A DNA stretch of 64,000 nucleotides from an uncultured Acidobacteriia bacterium (GCA_903925015.1 CAIYDY010000318.1:11299-75298), one strand, 5' to 3'. Positions 38,826 through 48,608 are shown, numbered from the stretch's first letter. Notes: generated by a model not told the origin, from the sequence alone. Numbers and translations are program-made.

Positions 38826-39881
38826 TTATTCGGCAAGCGTTGCAAGCACGAGCTTCGGGTCAATCCGCGAAACCGTCCCATTGTTCAAATTGGACAGCCA
38901 AATGGCACCGGCTGACGTCAGAATTCCCCCGCCGCCTTCGCCCCAAAACTGCTGGGCGACCTTCTCCTTCTCGTCGGTCAATTCCACCCGCGTCAAGGGA
39001 AAACCATTCATGGTTACCCACAGGAAGCCCTCGCCGAAAGCCATCGCTCCGGAGTCGGCCCCTGGCACACCCAGGTCAATGCTCTTGGTCACCTTGTCCG
39101 TCTTCGGGTCGATCCGGTCGATCTTGCCCTCCTTGCCGCACAGAACCCAGATGGCAGCCTGTCCGGACACGAGCGCGACAGGTTTTGCACCCACGTCAAT
39201 CCGCTTGTCCACCAGATTCGTCGCCGGATTGATCTTCAGTATCTTGTTCTGTTCCGGGCACACCAGCCACAAGGCGTTTTCGGCGAAGGTCATGCTGTGG
39301 CATCCGGACGGCACGCGCATTTCGCCCACCACCAAGTCCTGGTCGGGGTCGATCCGAACGATGGTTTGCTTGGAATCCGTCATCAGCCAGATGCTGTCGG
39401 AGCTCGCAGCAATGGACCCGCGTGTGTCCAGAGCGCCGGTCGTGATGGTGGCTTTCACCTTTAGCGAGCGCGGATCGAGTCTAAGCAGTGTTCCGTCGCC
39501 GCACGACGGCACCCACAGGCTGGTGAATGCGTTCACAATACCGCCACACGGCTTCTTGACGGCCGGAATCGGATCCGCCGCAGTGTTGCCCTTGGCTTCG
39601 AACTTCAACACTTTGTCGACGGCGGGTGCATAGAGAGCCCCCGGACCTTGCGCCGCGAAGTAGAGCCAAGTGGGTTTGTCGGGCGTCGCAAGAGTGGCCT
39701 CGGCCTTGATTTGGGCGAATGGAATCTGCACTCCGGGCGTCTTCACGCCTTGTTTTGGAGCGGACAGCTTCGCGGCAACCACGGCCGCCGTCTTGCCCTT
39801 GGACACGGCCTTGCCGTCCGGCGCGGGCTGGCAAAATGCCACGGACCCGAAAATCGCGATCAAGCCAACGAATACACGCAT
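38826..39881 (-). CDS. exported beta-propeller repeat protein (paralogue of 37755-38807)
   Basis: Signal peptide MRVFVGLIAIFGSVAFCQ. Same repeat architecture and shared 'K(K/R)PC(G/S)G...(L/I)WVP(S/N)CGD' motif. It ends 18 nt upstream of its paralogue. Confidence 0.7.
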   Translation of the reverse strand: MRVFVGLIAIFGSVAFCQPAPDGKAVSKGKTAAVVAAKLSAPKQGVKTPGVQIPFAQIKAEATLATPDKPTWLYFAAQGPGALYAPAVDKVLKFEAKGNTAADPIPAVKKPCGGIVNAFTSLWVPSCGDGTLLRLDPRSLKVKATITTGALDTRGSIAASSDSIWLMTDSKQTIVRIDPDQDLVVGEMRVPSGCHSMTFAENALWLVCPEQNKILKINPATNLVDKRIDVGAKPVALVSGQAAIWVLCGKEGKIDRIDPKTDKVTKSIDLGVPGADSGAMAFGEGFLWVTMNGFPLTRVELTDEKEKVAQQFWGEGGGGILTSAGAIWLSNLNNGTVSRIDPKLVLATLAE

Positions 39882-40213
39882 GGCGAACACCTCAGAAGAG
39901 AAATTTGGAATTGGGCCGTCGGACGGGGGCAGGGAATGCAACTCCGACGAGGAGCGCTCTGGGACGGAACCCCTCCAGTATAGCCCGCTCGAAGAGCTCC
40001 GAGCGGCATTGACTTATACGGTTCCCTTATGCTAACGTTCGAACAGTTCCCCGTGCGTCCGAAGTGTCTCTTTAGGCCTCCCGCAGCGAACTCCTTGGCT
40101 ATGTCTGCCCGGGTCCTCCGTCACCCCCTCCCAGTCTGGACTGCCACGTCGGCATAATTGCGTCTTCTCCGCGTGCCTCGCCACGCTGACTCGAATTTTT
40201 GCTTGAAGGGTCT

Positions 40214-43200
40214 ATGTCTCGATTGAAATTCGCCGTCGCATCCCTCTCCCTTGCTGTTCTCTCGACGCTGCACGCTCAAACACCGGACGCGTCCAGTCCC
40301 GATTTCTTCGAAAACAAAATCCGGCCCATTCTGGCCAACAACTGTTTTGGTTGCCACACGAATTCCGCTTTGGGAGGTCTGCGTCTCGACAGCCTCGCGG
40401 CGATGAAGACCGGCGGCAAGCGCGGCACGGCACTCAATCCGGGCGACCCCGACAACAGCTTGATGATTAAAGCGGTCAAGCAGGTCAATCCGGATCTGAA
40501 GATGCCTCCCGGCGGCAAATTGAAGCCCGCCGAGGTCGCGGACCTTGAAGCTTGGGTGAAGGCCGGTGCCGTCTGGCCCGCCACCGCCGTTTCCGCCGCC
40601 CCAGCAAGTGCCGGTGGCAAGTATGTGATCGCCCCCGAGCGCCGCCAATTCTGGTCCTTCAAGCCGCTCTCTGATCCCGCTGTGCCCGCGCCCAAAGATG
40701 CCAAATGGGCCAAGACCGAGATCGACCGCTTTGTTCTCGCCCGTCTCGAAAAGGAAGGCCTCCGCCCCACCACGCCGGCGTCGAAGCACGATCTGCTTCG
40801 CCGTGCCACGTTGGACCTGACCGGGCTCCTCCCGACCAACGACGAATACAGCGCCTTCGAGAAGGACACCACACCCGACGCCTTCGCGAAGGTTGTGGAC
40901 CGTCTCCTCGCTTCCCCCCATTACGGGGAGCGTTGGGGTCGCGCGTGGCTAGACGTCGCCCGCTACGGTGAGGACGACTACCGCAGCTTGAACCCCAATC
41001 CCCGCGGCTACCGCCCCTATCCGAACGCCTGGGCCTACCGCGACTGGGTCGTGCAAGCCTTCAACGACGATATCCCCTACGACCAGTTCGTGAAAGCGCA
41101 GTTGGCCGGCGATCTGATGGACAAGAAGGTCCGCACCCAGATGCTGCCCGCGACCGGTTTCCTCGGCCTCGGCCCCTGGTATTACGACAACGGCTCCTAT
41201 GAGGTCACCCGCGCCGACGAGCGCCATGACCGTGTCGATGTCGTTACCCGTGGCTTCCTCGGCCTCACCGTCCAGTGTGCCCGCTGCCACGACCACAAGT
41301 ACGATCCCATTCCCCAGACCGACTACTACGCCTTGGCCGGAGTCTTCTACAACACCATCTACGAGGAATACCCCCGCGCCCCGAAGAAGGTGGTGGAGGA
41401 TTACATTCGCGTTCAGGACGCCGTCGATGTGAAACAGAAGATGCTGGGCGAGATGAACACGAACCTCGCGGCCGAACTTTCACGCACGCTCGTGTACCAG
41501 ACTTCCAGCTATCTACAAGGCGTTTTCGAAGTTACCGGCAAGACCAAGAAGGAGGCCTCGCAGGTGGTGGAATCGCGCCGCCTCGATTTCGAGCTTCTGG
41601 ACCGCTGGGTGAAGTACATGGGCAAGACCACCGACAAGTACAAGTTCAAGAACGACTGGCAGGCCATGATGAAGCGCGGCGGAACCGCCGACGAGGCCAA
41701 GAAGCTTGCCGAGAAGTTCCAAGAGGACATCGTATCGGTGATGCTCGAAAAGAACGAGCTCGATATCGAAAACAAGATCATCGCGGACAAGGACGTCGAC
41801 GGCACCAAGCCGAAGAAGCGTACCGACAAGCCGAGCAATTTCACATCGAACAAGGATTTCAACCCCGGCGCGCTCCTCCAGTTCAAGTCGATGGCGGACG
41901 AGCGGAACTCCTTCTGGACCGAGATTTTCCAACGGGAATTGAAGGATTCCGATGATCCGAACGCCATGCCGATGAACGGACGCATGGGCAATCCGGGCGT
42001 CCTCCTGTTCCGCGGCTGGGGTCTCGAATCCCGTGTGGGTCCCGAATCCCAAGCACGCATCAAAGTGCTGCAGACGGACTTGGAGGCCGAACGGAAGAAG
42101 CTGGAGACATCCTATCCCTTCATCCATGGTGTGAGGGACGCCGAGAAGCCGGTCAATATCCCGTTGGCCCTGCGTGGCAACCCGGAAACTCTGGGCGACG
42201 AAGTTCCGCGCCACTTCCTCAGTGTGTTCTGCGACGGCGAACCGATCCCGTTGAACCAGGGCAGCGGCCGGCTGCAAATGGCGGACCTCATCCTCGCCCA
42301 GCCGATCGCCATGCGCGTTATGGTCAACCGCATCTGGAAGGGCCACTTCGGCACAGGCATCGTCGACACCCCCAGCAATTTCGGATTTGGCGGCGAACGA
42401 CCCACCAACCCGGAACTCTTGGAATACTTGGCCGCCCGTTTCCGCAAGAACGGCATGTCGGTGAAGAAGCTGCACCGCGAGATCATGCTGAGCGCGGCGT
42501 ACCAGCTTTCGACCGGCGACGACAAGTCCGCCGCCGACAAACTGGCCTCGGAGAAGGATTCCGGCAACCGCCTCTACTGGCGCGCCAACCGCAAGCGCAT
42601 GGACGCCGAGCAGGTGCGCGACAGCATCCTGCAGGTTTCCGGCAACTTGGATGACGGCATCGGCGGCCCCTCGCAGGACCTGAATCCCGACTACAAGCGC
42701 CGCACCCTCTACGGCAAGGTGAGCCGCTACAAGTTGGACGCCTATCTGCAATTGTTTGACTTCCCGTCGCCGAACATCAGCGCCGAAAAGCGTTTCACCA
42801 CAACCGTTCCGCTGCAACGCCTGTTCCTCATGAACAGCGACTTCGTGCAGTTGGAAGCCGAGGAGCTGGCCAAGCGGGTCGCAAACGAGGCCAACAACCG
42901 GGCCCGGGTCAGGAAGATGTACAACCTGGTCTACGGTCGCGAACCGAGCGAGCCAGAAGTTGCGGCGGCGATTGACTATCTCCACACCGAGCCCATGAAG
43001 GCCTACGAGGAAAACAAGAACAAGCCCAAGGAGGATGCCGGTCCTGGACGCGGTGGACGCGGTCGCGGCGGTGCCGGTGGACCTGGTGGTGGACCCGGTG
43101 GTCCTGGCGGAGCTGGTGCAAACGTCTCCGATGCCTCGAGCCCCGACATGCCGAAGCCGGAAGTCGCGGCTGCCGGTGCCGGCGGCGGTTTCGGCGGCGG

Positions 43201-43375
43201 CGCTGGCGGTGGTGGCGGAATGGGAATGGGAATGATGGGGGGCATGGGCGGATTCGGCGGCGGTGGCCGCGGTCGCGGTGGTGCCCGTCCCGTCGAAGTG
43301 AAGTACGAGGCCTCCGTCTGGGGCCGCTATGCCAAGGTCCTGCTCAGCTCGACCGAATTCACCTTTATCAACTAG
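40214..43375 (+). CDS. PSCyt / DUF1549 / DUF1553 multidomain protein with a C-terminal Gly/Arg/Met-rich insertion
   Basis: Signal peptide. 'CFGCHTNSALGGLRLDS', 'LKMPPGGKL'. 'EIDRFVLARLEKEGLRP...LLRRATLDLTGLLPT'. '[12 protein letters not shown]'. DUF1553 body. Conserved terminal 'LLSSTEFTFIN'. Confidence 0.85.
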   Translation: MSRLKFAVASLSLAVLSTLHAQTPDASSPDFFENKIRPILANNCFGCHTNSALGGLRLDSLAAMKTGGKRGTALNPGDPDNSLMIKAVKQVNPDLKMPPGGKLKPAEVADLEAWVKAGAVWPATAVSAAPASAGGKYVIAPERRQFWSFKPLSDPAVPAPKDAKWAKTEIDRFVLARLEKEGLRPTTPASKHDLLRRATLDLTGLLPTNDEYSAFEKDTTPDAFAKVVDRLLASPHYGERWGRAWLDVARYGEDDYRSLNPNPRGYRPYPNAWAYRDWVVQAFNDDIPYDQFVKAQLAGDLMDKKVRTQMLPATGFLGLGPWYYDNGSYEVTRADERHDRVDVVTRGFLGLTVQCARCHDHKYDPIPQTDYYALAGVFYNTIYEEYPRAPKKVVEDYIRVQDAVDVKQKMLGEMNTNLAAELSRTLVYQTSSYLQGVFEVTGKTKKEASQVVESRRLDFELLDRWVKYMGKTTDKYKFKNDWQAMMKRGGTADEAKKLAEKFQEDIVSVMLEKNELDIENKIIADKDVDGTKPKKRTDKPSNFTSNKDFNPGALLQFKSMADERNSFWTEIFQRELKDSDDPNAMPMNGRMGNPGVLLFRGWGLESRVGPESQARIKVLQTDLEAERKKLETSYPFIHGVRDAEKPVNIPLALRGNPETLGDEVPRHFLSVFCDGEPIPLNQGSGRLQMADLILAQPIAMRVMVNRIWKGHFGTGIVDTPSNFGFGGERPTNPELLEYLAARFRKNGMSVKKLHREIMLSAAYQLSTGDDKSAADKLASEKDSGNRLYWRANRKRMDAEQVRDSILQVSGNLDDGIGGPSQDLNPDYKRRTLYGKVSRYKLDAYLQLFDFPSPNISAEKRFTTTVPLQRLFLMNSDFVQLEAEELAKRVANEANNRARVRKMYNLVYGREPSEPEVAAAIDYLHTEPMKAYEENKNKPKEDAGPGRGGRGRGGAGGPGGGPGGPGGAGANVSDASSPDMPKPEVAAAGAGGGFGGGAGGGGGMGMGMMGGMGGFGGGGRGRGGARPVEVKYEASVWGRYAKVLLSSTEFTFIN
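43040..43288 (+). repeat. low-complexity GGN/CGN-rich coding tract (encodes the RGG/GGF/GMG-rich segment)
   Basis: Encodes GPGRGGRGRGGAGGPGGGPGGPGGAG...AGAGGGFGGGAGGGGGMGMGMMGGMGGFGGGGRGRGGAR, read directly from the translation. Built from reiterated ggt/ggc/gga/cgc codons. Confidence 0.8.
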
Positions 43376-43386
43376 GAGACACCGAC

Positions 43387-44934
43387 ATGCACAAATCCAG
43401 AAATCCCTTCACCAGAAGAGAAGCACTGCGGCGGGTCGGCAACGGCTTCGGCATGGCGGCGTTCGCGGGCATGCTCGGCCAGTCAATGGCGCGCGCCGAA
43501 GGTATCTCCGGCGTGGCCAAGCTCGACCACCCTGCCAAGATCAAGCGCGTCATTTTCCTGTTCATGAACGGTGGCCTTTCCACCATCGACGCCTTCGACC
43601 CCAAGCCGGCGCTCGAAAAATACGACGGCCAGCCGATGCCCGGTGGCTCCATCGCTACCGAGCGAAAGACCGGCGCGCTGATGAAGTCGCCGTTCACGTT
43701 CAAGAAATACGGCCAGTCCGGCATGGATATCAGCGAGCTCTGGCCCAACTTGGCCAGCCACGCCGATGACATCTGCTGGGTTCGTTCGGTATTCACCGAA
43801 ATCCCCAACCATGAGCCTTCCTGCCTCATGATGAACACCGGTGCCAACCAGGCCGGTCGACCATCCATGGGCGCGTGGCTGACCTACGGCTTGGGCACGG
43901 AAAACCAGAACCTCCCGGGCTATGTGGTTCTCTGCCCCGAACTGCCCACCACCGTGGGCTCTCCCTTGTGGAGCAACGGGTTCCTGCCCGCCATCAACCA
44001 AGGCACGTTCATCGCGAACAAAGTCGCGACGCCGGGTGCCGGTGGTATGGGCATGGGAATGGGCGAGGACGGCATGGATGGCGAAATGGAAGCTATGCCC
44101 GATATGCCGGAGGAGAAGGATAAGGACGGCAAGGTCAAGCCGAAGAAGATCGTCGTTGAGAAGAATTTCGATCCCAAGAAGATTCTCAACTACGTCAACA
44201 ATCCCAAGTTCTCCCTCACGGAACAGCGCCGCGAACTGGATCTGCTGGGCAAGCTCGAAAAGCTGCACGCCGAGGCGGCTGGTACCGATCCGCAGGTGGA
44301 AGCCGTCATTAAGTCCATGGAAGTCGGCTACCGGATGCAGACGGAAGCGCCGGAAGTGTTCGACATCCGCAAGGAATCCCAGGCCACGCTGGACATGTAC
44401 GGTCCCGGTGACGTTGCCCGCGGTGCGCTGATGGCTGTGCGACTGGCCGAAAAGGGTGTCCGCATGACCCAGCTCTACTACGCCAAGGGTGACCCGTGGG
44501 ATGCCCACGCCGACATCTTCGCGCACAAGATCAACGCCAAGAATTCCGACCAGGCGTTTGCAGCGGTGATCACCGACCTGAAACAACGCGGCTTGTGGAA
44601 GGATACGCTCGTTGTCTGCGGTTCCGAATTTGGCCGGACTCCGGTCCGCGAAGTAGGCGGCATGGGTGCGGGCATCAAGCGCGGCCGCGACCACAACCCG
44701 CACGGTTTCACCATGTGGCTGGCTGGCGGCGCGGTCAAGGGCGGAACGATTTACGGTGCCACCGACGATTTCGGTTTCAAGGCCATCGAGAAGCCGACCC
44801 ACGTGCACGACATCCACGCGACGATCCTGCACCTGCTCGGCATCGACCACACCAAGCTGACGTACCGCTACAGCGGACGCGACTTCCGGCTGACCGACGT
44901 GTCCGGCAACGTGCTGCACGACCTGATCGCGTAG
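43387..44934 (+). CDS. DUF1501 protein with Tat signal and an internal Met/Gly/acidic insertion
   Basis: 'TRREALRRVG' twin-arginine motif. 'NGGLSTIDAFDPKP', 'GSEFGRTP', 'GRDHN', 'FRLTDVSGNVL'. The insertion 'GAGGMGMGMGEDGMDGEMEAMPDMPEEKDKDGKVKPKK' is absent from the paralogue at 17960. Confidence 0.85.
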   Translation: MHKSRNPFTRREALRRVGNGFGMAAFAGMLGQSMARAEGISGVAKLDHPAKIKRVIFLFMNGGLSTIDAFDPKPALEKYDGQPMPGGSIATERKTGALMKSPFTFKKYGQSGMDISELWPNLASHADDICWVRSVFTEIPNHEPSCLMMNTGANQAGRPSMGAWLTYGLGTENQNLPGYVVLCPELPTTVGSPLWSNGFLPAINQGTFIANKVATPGAGGMGMGMGEDGMDGEMEAMPDMPEEKDKDGKVKPKKIVVEKNFDPKKILNYVNNPKFSLTEQRRELDLLGKLEKLHAEAAGTDPQVEAVIKSMEVGYRMQTEAPEVFDIRKESQATLDMYGPGDVARGALMAVRLAEKGVRMTQLYYAKGDPWDAHADIFAHKINAKNSDQAFAAVITDLKQRGLWKDTLVVCGSEFGRTPVREVGGMGAGIKRGRDHNPHGFTMWLAGGAVKGGTIYGATDDFGFKAIEKPTHVHDIHATILHLLGIDHTKLTYRYSGRDFRLTDVSGNVLHDLIA

Positions 44935-44935
44935 C

Positions 44936-45805
44936 ATGCGGGCCTGTTTCAGTGTTGCATTTCTTCTCGGATCCTGTGTAGCGCACGCGCAGTCTGTTGA
45001 ACCCGGCATTCTGCCCGTGCGCTGGGCTACCGGGGGTCCTAACTGCTTGGAACTCCCCGCTTGGGAGATCCACGAATACAACCCGACCGTCTACATCCTC
45101 CGCGAATCCGGCTGCACGCACTACGAAAAGCCGTTCCTCTACCTGTTCTTGGGTAAGACACGGGCGCTGCTGGTAGATACCGGTGCCGGGAAAAGTGATG
45201 CGGCGGTAGTCGTCGGCACCTTGATCGACAAATTCCTCGCCCGCGAAAAACGTGATTCGATCGAACTGATCGTCAGCCACTCGCACGCTCATGGCGACCA
45301 CGTTGCAGGGGACGCAGGCTTCGAAGGTCGCCCGAACACCATCGTGGTGAAGGCCACAGTGGATGCCGAATCCAAGTTCTACGGCATGAAGACGTGGCCT
45401 CAAGACCAAGGCTCCATCGACTTGGGTGACCGCGTCATCGACGTCTTGGCGATTCCAGGCCACGACGCCGCCCACTTGGCCTACTACGACCGCCGAACCG
45501 GTATCTTCCTAACTGGAGACCACTTGTATCCAGGCCGCCTCTATGTCCGCGATTTCCCCGTCTATACCGAAAGCACCCGCCGCATGGTGAAGTTCACCGC
45601 CGACAAGCCTATCTCGCACATCCTCGGCTGCCATATCGAACAGACATCGACGCCCGGCGTGGACTATCCTGTCGGGACCAAGTACCAGCCGGAGGAGCAC
45701 GGCTTGTCGCTTGGCAGAGCAAATCTTCTGGAATTATTGGATGCGTTGGAACGAAATCCCGGCAAAAAGACGGTGCTGCGAGACATCACGGTTGCCCCGA
45801 AGTAA
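44936..45805 (+). CDS. exported MBL-fold metallo-hydrolase
   Basis: Signal peptide MRACFSVAFLLGSCVAHAQ. 'VSHSHAHGDHVAGD' is the HxHxDH motif. 'IPGHD'. Starts 2 nt after the DUF1501 stop. Confidence 0.8.
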   Translation: MRACFSVAFLLGSCVAHAQSVEPGILPVRWATGGPNCLELPAWEIHEYNPTVYILRESGCTHYEKPFLYLFLGKTRALLVDTGAGKSDAAVVVGTLIDKFLAREKRDSIELIVSHSHAHGDHVAGDAGFEGRPNTIVVKATVDAESKFYGMKTWPQDQGSIDLGDRVIDVLAIPGHDAAHLAYYDRRTGIFLTGDHLYPGRLYVRDFPVYTESTRRMVKFTADKPISHILGCHIEQTSTPGVDYPVGTKYQPEEHGLSLGRANLLELLDALERNPGKKTVLRDITVAPK

Positions 45806-45871
45806 CCACTTCCACGTGTAAGTTGACCGCCCGGCTTAGGGCCGACGCGTGCCGCTTTCGAATTCCCCGGC

Positions 45872-46687
45872 CTACGCCGCCATCTCCTCAGCGTCCCGCA
45901 TCCCCGAACAAGTCGCCTCCAGCCGCGCATGGAATTCCATCGCGGTCGAATCTCCCAACCGGGCGGGCGGAGCCACATCCAGCGCCACCTGAGACCCGCT
46001 ATCCGGGTCCTTCTTCGCCAAAACCACCACCCGCGAGGCCAAAAACGCCGCTTCCTGCATGTTGTGCGTTACGAACAGCACCGTGATCCCCGTATCCGCC
46101 CACAACTGCTTGATCAACTGCTGCATCTCGCGCCGCGTGCCGGGATCGAGCGCGCTGAACGCCTCGTCCATCAGTAGGATTCGCGGCTGCATGATCAGAG
46201 CTTGCGCGATCGCCACCCGCTGCTGCATGCCGCCCGAGAGCTGGTCGGGGTACTTCCCAGCGTCGGACTCCCGCAGTCCGATGCGCCGGATGTACCCCAT
46301 CGCCTGTTCCCGAACTTCCCGCCGACGCTGGAAGTAGCCTGGCGTCCAACGGGTCGCCAGATTGAATTCGCTCACCAACGGCCCGAAGGTAATGTTGTCG
46401 AGCACCGTGCGGTCTGGAAACAGCGAATATTTCTGCGGGACATAACCCCGCGTCCGGTCCGGGCGCTGGTGTTCCACACCGTCGATCAGAACCCGACCCG
46501 TGGCGGGCCGCTCCGACCCCAGCACCAACCGTAGCATCGTCGACTTCCCGCACCCGGTCTGCCCCAGCAGACAAATGAAATCTCCTTGGTGTATGTCCAA
46601 GTTGATTCCGGCACCAACGGCCCCAAGCACGGGCCGCAAAGGTGCACCGTAGGCGACGGTTATATCCTTGATTGCAATTAGCGGCAT
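45872..46687 (-). CDS. ABC transporter ATP-binding protein (NitT/TauT family; urea-carboxylase-region transporter)
   Basis: Walker A 'GQTGCGKST', signature 'LSGGMQQRVAIA', Walker B 'LLMDEAFSALD'. ATG 3 nt after the permease stop, with GGGAGG upstream. Confidence 0.9.
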   Translation of the reverse strand: MPLIAIKDITVAYGAPLRPVLGAVGAGINLDIHQGDFICLLGQTGCGKSTMLRLVLGSERPATGRVLIDGVEHQRPDRTRGYVPQKYSLFPDRTVLDNITFGPLVSEFNLATRWTPGYFQRRREVREQAMGYIRRIGLRESDAGKYPDQLSGGMQQRVAIAQALIMQPRILLMDEAFSALDPGTRREMQQLIKQLWADTGITVLFVTHNMQEAAFLASRVVVLAKKDPDSGSQVALDVAPPARLGDSTAMEFHARLEATCSGMRDAEEMAA

Positions 46688-46689
46688 AA

Positions 46690-47541
46690 TCACGCCTCCC
46701 GGAACCACGGATGCAGTTGATTGTTCACCACACGCATCACCAGATCCACCACAAACAACAACAACGCCACCCAGAGGACGTACGGAATAATCACGTCCAT
46801 TCCCATGTGGCGGCGAAGAAGCGCAATCCGGTACGCCAGGCCATCTGTCGACGCGATCATTTCCCCCGCGAACAGAAACAGCATCACCGCTTTCAGATTG
46901 AGCCGGATGCTGTTCAAAACACGGGGCAGAATCTGTTTCAACACCACCGTGTAGGCGATGTCGAAATCGCCCGCACCCAATGTGAACGCTTTCACGACCT
47001 GCTCCTGCGGCACACCCTTCGTCAGGTTGTAGACATCCAGGATCACGGTGGGAGCCACGCCGATCACGATCAGCATGATCTTCGAAAGCTCGTCAATCCC
47101 GAACGCGATGAACAGGATCGGCAGCAGCGATAGCGCTACGATCTTGTCGAAGAACAGCAGGAAGCGCAGAAAAAACGCACCGAAATATGGGAACAGGCCC
47201 ATGTGGAGCCCCAGCAGCACCGCCGGAACCAACAGAGCCATGCTGATCGCAAAACGCCGGGACGTCGCCACGGTATCCTTCCACAGCATGCTGCCCATCA
47301 GTTTCTGGGACAGCGTGGCCGTCTCCGGCAACGCCTCATCCTCCTCGGCAGGCTTCATGAGGGCATCGGACATGCCTTGGACCATTTGTGCCACGGTCGG
47401 CATCACCCGGTCCTCGGGGTTGTCCTTGTGCCTGTCCCGCGAAACTTGGAAGTAGGCGACAATTCCCCCCGCGAAAAGCAGCCAGGAAAGAACAAGGCTG
47501 ACGGTCGCGCCCGGCTTGGCGTTGACTGCGAAAAGCTGCAT
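46690..47541 (-). CDS. ABC transporter permease (NitT/TauT family)
   Basis: About 6 TM segments and a BPD-type EAA-like loop. Positioned between the binding-protein and ATPase genes. Confidence 0.85.
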   Translation of the reverse strand: MQLFAVNAKPGATVSLVLSWLLFAGGIVAYFQVSRDRHKDNPEDRVMPTVAQMVQGMSDALMKPAEEDEALPETATLSQKLMGSMLWKDTVATSRRFAISMALLVPAVLLGLHMGLFPYFGAFFLRFLLFFDKIVALSLLPILFIAFGIDELSKIMLIVIGVAPTVILDVYNLTKGVPQEQVVKAFTLGAGDFDIAYTVVLKQILPRVLNSIRLNLKAVMLFLFAGEMIASTDGLAYRIALLRRHMGMDVIIPYVLWVALLLFVVDLVMRVVNNQLHPWFREA

Positions 47542-47549
47542 CCGCCCCC

Positions 47550-48608
47550 CTAGAGCTTGCCCGTCGCGGCCATTTCCATGTAGGCCGAGTCGAATTTCAA
47601 CCGGACACGGTCGGGCTTGCCCTGAATTGTCCCGTCCGGGAACTTGATCGCAACGTCGTCCACAGATTTTGCGTTGTTCCCCAACAGGCCATGCTCGAAG
47701 CAGAACTGCCGGACAAGCGCCATGGTCTTCTTCAGATCGGCCGATTTGCCGAAATCGGACGCGGCCTTCGGGGCGAAGAACATCTTGGTGGTGCTGAGCT
47801 GCTCCTTATAGGATGCGAGCGTGTCGGACGAGCCCTCGGCGATGGTGGTCAGGACCTTGTCGGTGGCAGGTCCTTGGGCGGACATGAGCGCCATCATTTC
47901 GTACCAAGCTCCTGTTAGAGCCTTGGCGAACTTCTGGCCGGAACCGTCCGGGCGTTCCAGCACATCGGTGCGGACCACGGTGAGGTCCAGGATCTCGCCC
48001 GGAATCTGCGAAGAATTGAAAAGCGACGCGACTCCCTTGCCCTTGGCAACCTGCGACACCATCGGCTTCCAAGTCACCACGGCCTGCGCGCCCGGATCAT
48101 TCAGGAACGCGGCGGCGATGTCGGAATCGGACGTGTTTACCAGTTTGACCCGCTTGATCTGCTCCTTGAGGCCCGCGATCGTCATCGCACGGTCGAAAAG
48201 ATACTCCGATACCGTTTTCTGGACCAACAACAGCTTCTTTCCGCCCAAGTCCTTCATCTGTGCCCCGTTGCGGGCCAGTAGTGCATCGTTGCCGTTGGAG
48301 TAATCGCCGATAATGATCGACGTGGTCGGTACTCCGGAAGCGGCCGGCATATCCAGTGCCTCCATGTTGGTCATGGTGCAGGCGTCTATGTTGCGCGCAA
48401 CGAAAGCATCCAAGGACGGCGCATAGTCAAAGCGCTGAACCTTGATCGTGATGCCGTACTTATCGGCCCACTTTTTCAGGATGCCGGACTTGTTCAGGTA
48501 GTGGTACGGGGTCCACCCCGCATAAATGGACCAACCTACGGTGAAAGTTGGTTTCTGTGCCGGAAGTAGTCCAGCTGTGATGAGTGCGAATGCTAGGAGT
48601 CGGCGCAT
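47550..48608 (-). CDS. ABC transporter periplasmic substrate-binding protein (NMT1/TauA-like; urea/guanidine-cluster type)
   Basis: Signal peptide MRRLLAFALITAGLLPAQ. NMT1-like fold motifs. Linked to the carboxylase cluster. Alternative GTG start at 48617. Confidence 0.8.
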   Translation of the reverse strand: MRRLLAFALITAGLLPAQKPTFTVGWSIYAGWTPYHYLNKSGILKKWADKYGITIKVQRFDYAPSLDAFVARNIDACTMTNMEALDMPAASGVPTTSIIIGDYSNGNDALLARNGAQMKDLGGKKLLLVQKTVSEYLFDRAMTIAGLKEQIKRVKLVNTSDSDIAAAFLNDPGAQAVVTWKPMVSQVAKGKGVASLFNSSQIPGEILDLTVVRTDVLERPDGSGQKFAKALTGAWYEMMALMSAQGPATDKVLTTIAEGSSDTLASYKEQLSTTKMFFAPKAASDFGKSADLKKTMALVRQFCFEHGLLGNNAKSVDDVAIKFPDGTIQGKPDRVRLKFDSAYMEMAATGKL

